Source: Podarcis pityusensis (lineage: Eukaryota). Taken from it: a stretch of 64,000 bases of DNA. The number at the start of each line of letters is the position of its first letter. Position 1 is the first letter of the stretch. Both the position numbers and the translations under genes were made by a program. The stretch lies in assembly GCA_964106645.2 (NCBI GenBank), contig OZ067045.1; one strand, 5' to 3'. Under the pieces are notes generated by a model. That model made no database searches and was not told where the DNA came from. It saw only the letters and a list, made by a program, of their open reading frames with translations. Shown in pieces: positions 60,715-64,000 of the stretch.

Positions 60715-63247
60715 TCAGTGCAGGGCACTGGGACTCGGCTCCTCAAAGGCCATTTTACCAAGCAGCTGCCCCTCAAGCTCTAGCCCACCCACTGGCAGTG
60801 GGAAGAAGTTCATCTCGGCTGCCAATGCAGCCATGGCTGAGGGGTCCTGGCCAAACTGTGCCCGCAGCATCATGTCCATTTTCTCCAGCCGCCGCTTTAG
60901 CCTCTTGGCTTCACGCTCCCGGATGAGCCGAGCCTGCCGCTTCTCAGGGGTCTCGTTGGCCCGCTTGAGGCGCATCGCTTCACGGTCCCGCTGCAGACGG
61001 CGCGCACGCTGCTCGTCCGTCTCCTGCATACGCTGCAGCCGCTTGGCCTCTCGATCCCTCATGCGCCTCACCTCCCGCTCCTCCGGCGTCTCGTTGTCTC
61101 GACGGCTCTTCTTAGCTGTGCGCTCTCGCTCCAGGCGCTGCAGCCGCACCTCCAGGGGCTCGTTCTGCCTTCGCAAGGCCCACTTGCGAACCCCTGGAGC
61201 TTGAGCTTCCAGAAGCTTGCGGTAGGCCACGCAGCTGTTGCACACCAGGAGGATGCCAGCAGGATACACTGTGGGGCTGACAGCAGCAGCAGCACCACCA
61301 CCTGCTTTTTCCTCAGCACCAGAAGAAGCCTCAGGGAGGGGAATGGGCAGGGCATCTCCACACAGCACCTCTGACACCTTCTCACTGTGAAAGTCAAAGA
61401 GTAGAAATGACGGGTGGTCGGCACAGATCTTAAGAAACCATTGTGTAGGTTTGCAAGCTACTGCCTTAGCTGTAACCCTCCCCCTCCCTCTGGCCATGCT
61501 TACAAGCCACCCCACCCACATGAATGCTGGCCTGCAGAATGCTTCTGGCTGGGGTCACCTATTCCAGCTGCCTCCAGAAATTGCCAGGTATAACCTCCAT
61601 TGCTTCCATTGAACAGGGCCCCTCCAGGACTTCCAAAATGCGGCCTGGGCCACGTGGTCCCAGTCCCACCGTCAGAGATGCCCACTTCTCACCTGTTGAA
61701 AGTAGCATGGCTGGTGAAGCGAGCCCCACACACCGCACAGTTGGACAGTTGGTCCTCGGAGTGGATGAGGAGGTGCCTGCCCAAGGAGCCCGGGGAGCTG
61801 AGTGCTCGGCCACAGACGGGACACAGGTAGCTCTTGGCACTGACCACAGCTGCCGTATGCTGCAAACGAGGCCGGGCTGTGAGGCAAGGGCTCCGCCGCC
61901 CTGTCCCCCTCTCAGCTGTCCCTATGAGGGCTGGCAGCCAAGGCCAAGCCACGGAAGAGCTCCCTCTTCTGTTAGGGAAAGAAGGAGAGAGACCCGCAAG
62001 GCCTTCCCTGGGATGTGGTGCAAACCCACCAGGGGGGATGATTCAAATTGCATCCAATGCCAACAGCCCCTGCCCCCATCCCCACCCTTTCCCAGTCCAG
62101 GATTACTAATTTCAGCCTGGAAGGAAAGGGGGAGCCAGGGCAGGGATGGTTTAGCCTTGCGTGATGGTCTCATCAAAGCCCCCTCTAAGTACCTGATAGA
62201 CGTGAGTGACAAGCTGCTCCCTGCTTCCACACTCTAGCTGGCAGAGGGGACAACGGGAGAGTCCCATCAGGGTATCTGGGCTGGCATTTAAACCCATCTG
62301 CAAGCAAGGAAAGGCAGGCTAAGGAAAGAGCAGAGGACAAGACCCATGCCTGGTATTCTGCCACACGCATACACATACCCCTCCCCCCCAACTAATGCTG
62401 CACCAGACCTTTTAAGACCATGTTGACGGATTCTCTACAATGTAAGATTAGCCCTGCGCAATCAGATTGAGGGTCTACCTAGTTGTGTATTGTATTTCTA
62501 ACACACAGCAGCCAACCAAATGCCTCTTCTGGGAAGCCCAGAATGAGATGACAACAGCTCTATCACTCCCCTTTCCCCCATTACTATTAGGGAACTCTAA
62601 TGCCAAAAAGTCCAGACCCAATCACTTGAGCTTGCTGTAGTGATCACTTGGACACATCAATGGACCAGGCCCAGGAATCCCAGAGTGGGCTATACAGTCC
62701 TCTTTCTCCATGCTAGGGCCATCCAAGAGTCTGCTATTGCTATTCTCCTTCCACCGAGTAACCACAGCAGTGTTGCACTTTTGCTTTAGTATGTGTGCCA
62801 ATGTGATGCACTTGCCTCATGGCCTCGAGCGACCTGCTTGCTGCAGCCCAGCTGCTCAGTAAGTTCCAGTTCCTTTTTCACTGTCGCTGATGCTCCGTCC
62901 TCCTCAGAAGCATGGGAGGAGACCTCATCTTGTGTTGTCTCATCCCCCTCGCTATCACCTGGAATACAGAACAGCTTTAGGCCTCTGCCACAAACCAGCT
63001 GACAGGATTCCAAAGCAGCATGCAGGTGTTTGGTCTCTCCCAGGTGTCCCAGAGCTGCCCTCGTGTACAAGATGGGGAAACTCACTGTTGCTGCTGCTGC
63101 TGCTACTGCTGCTGCTGGAGTCCTTTTCTTGTGGTGGAGGTGGCAGCTGCTGCATGAGTGGTGACTGGGCTCCAAGCAGCCCAGGGAAGTCTCTTCGCAT
63201 CATGGCCTGACGTGTGTGCTCTTCTAACCCAGCAAAGACTTGCTCCC
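60715..63247 (-). CDS. ZNF821: ZNF821 copy 2, partial (first coding exon lies beyond window end)
   Basis: Exons 63086-63247, 62816-62958, 62193-62297, 61693-61859, 60715-61384. One codon shorter in the poly-Ser/Asn tract. Confidence 0.92.
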
Positions 63248-64000
63248 CTGGAAGTACAATGGGGGAGGAAGAAGCCGCATTAGACCATTGCCCTTCCCAA
63301 GCCCAGTCATTCCTTGCCCCCTCCTCAGATGCCCAGTGATGGTCTCCCCTACCTGAAGATGGCCCAGAATGGGACTAATGCCTGGGCTCCATTCCCCAAA
63401 ACAGCTTTCCCCAAACCCTTCCTGCAAAGCAACGGTGGCCTGACCAATCCGTCCCTTCACATCCTTTCCAACATGACCTGGAAATACAAATGTCTTCAGC
63501 AGCATTAAGCACACAGGGAGGGCTCTTGCCTGCCCTGGCTCCGCCCTAGAATTTGCATGTGCTCTCCCACCCCCGGGGCCCATATTTTGGAAGAGCTTGT
63601 CCTGCCATACAGGTTCTCCTCCAGGGGTAAAGCTGTTACATGTGTGTAAAAGATGCTTTAGTATAGGCAATAGCAATCCTACTTATCTACTTTTGCAAGC
63701 CAAATTTGTGGTGGGAGACTTCTTCTGTGGATTTTGTAGTCCAGGTTTAGTTATCTGCTTTAGTTCCTCCTTGATACATTTTCTCTTAAGTTGTGCAAAG
63801 TGGGCAGTGCTTGCCTGAAATTGCCAGACTCTTTCCTGGGCCTTTGCTATTTCAATTCTGATCCTAAAGCTGCACAATGAGGAACAGGGGACTTCCAGGC
63901 ACCATTGTGCAAGGGAGACTAGCCAGCCATTCCCAACTAGTGCTGAAAAGCTGTTCATTTGCAGAAGAAACATCAGTGGGTAAGGTGGCCCAATGAGAGA

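Larger units (their letters stand above)
53724..64000 (+). repeat. Near-identical second copy of 20243-30520
   Basis: Colinear at an offset of 33480-33484, with only scattered SNPs and 1-3 nt indels. Confidence 0.98.

Overview
Vertebrate genomic DNA, most likely a squamate (lacertid-like lizard, inferred from the Squam-type SINE, CR1/L2 and Tigger-type MITE content). It carries the conserved block AP1G1(-) / ATXN1L(+) / ZNF821(-) / IST1(+) / PKD1L3(-), with SNORD71 and a 9-nt NEK microexon inside AP1G1. PKD1L3 is interrupted by a young L1 element that runs into a 200-N gap. After the gap, 53724-64000 is a >99% identical repeat of 20243-30520 (second ATXN1L, partial ZNF821), probably an uncollapsed haplotype. 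The most striking feature is an antisense ~1.3 kb insert in an IST1 intron (~36960-38230). It is a head-to-tail chain of decayed first-coding-exon fragments from unrelated host genes (IMPDH1-like, USP7, CCNL2/cyclin L, CDC42BPB/MRCK, plus unidentified pieces). Each recognised piece stops at or within a few nt of its parent exon's splice donor, and the chain ends in an L2-LINE-type 3' stem-loop tail. This looks like a promoterless retroelement that has repeatedly trapped host first exons by splicing. Homologue sequences and exon boundaries quoted are recalled human ones, not search results.
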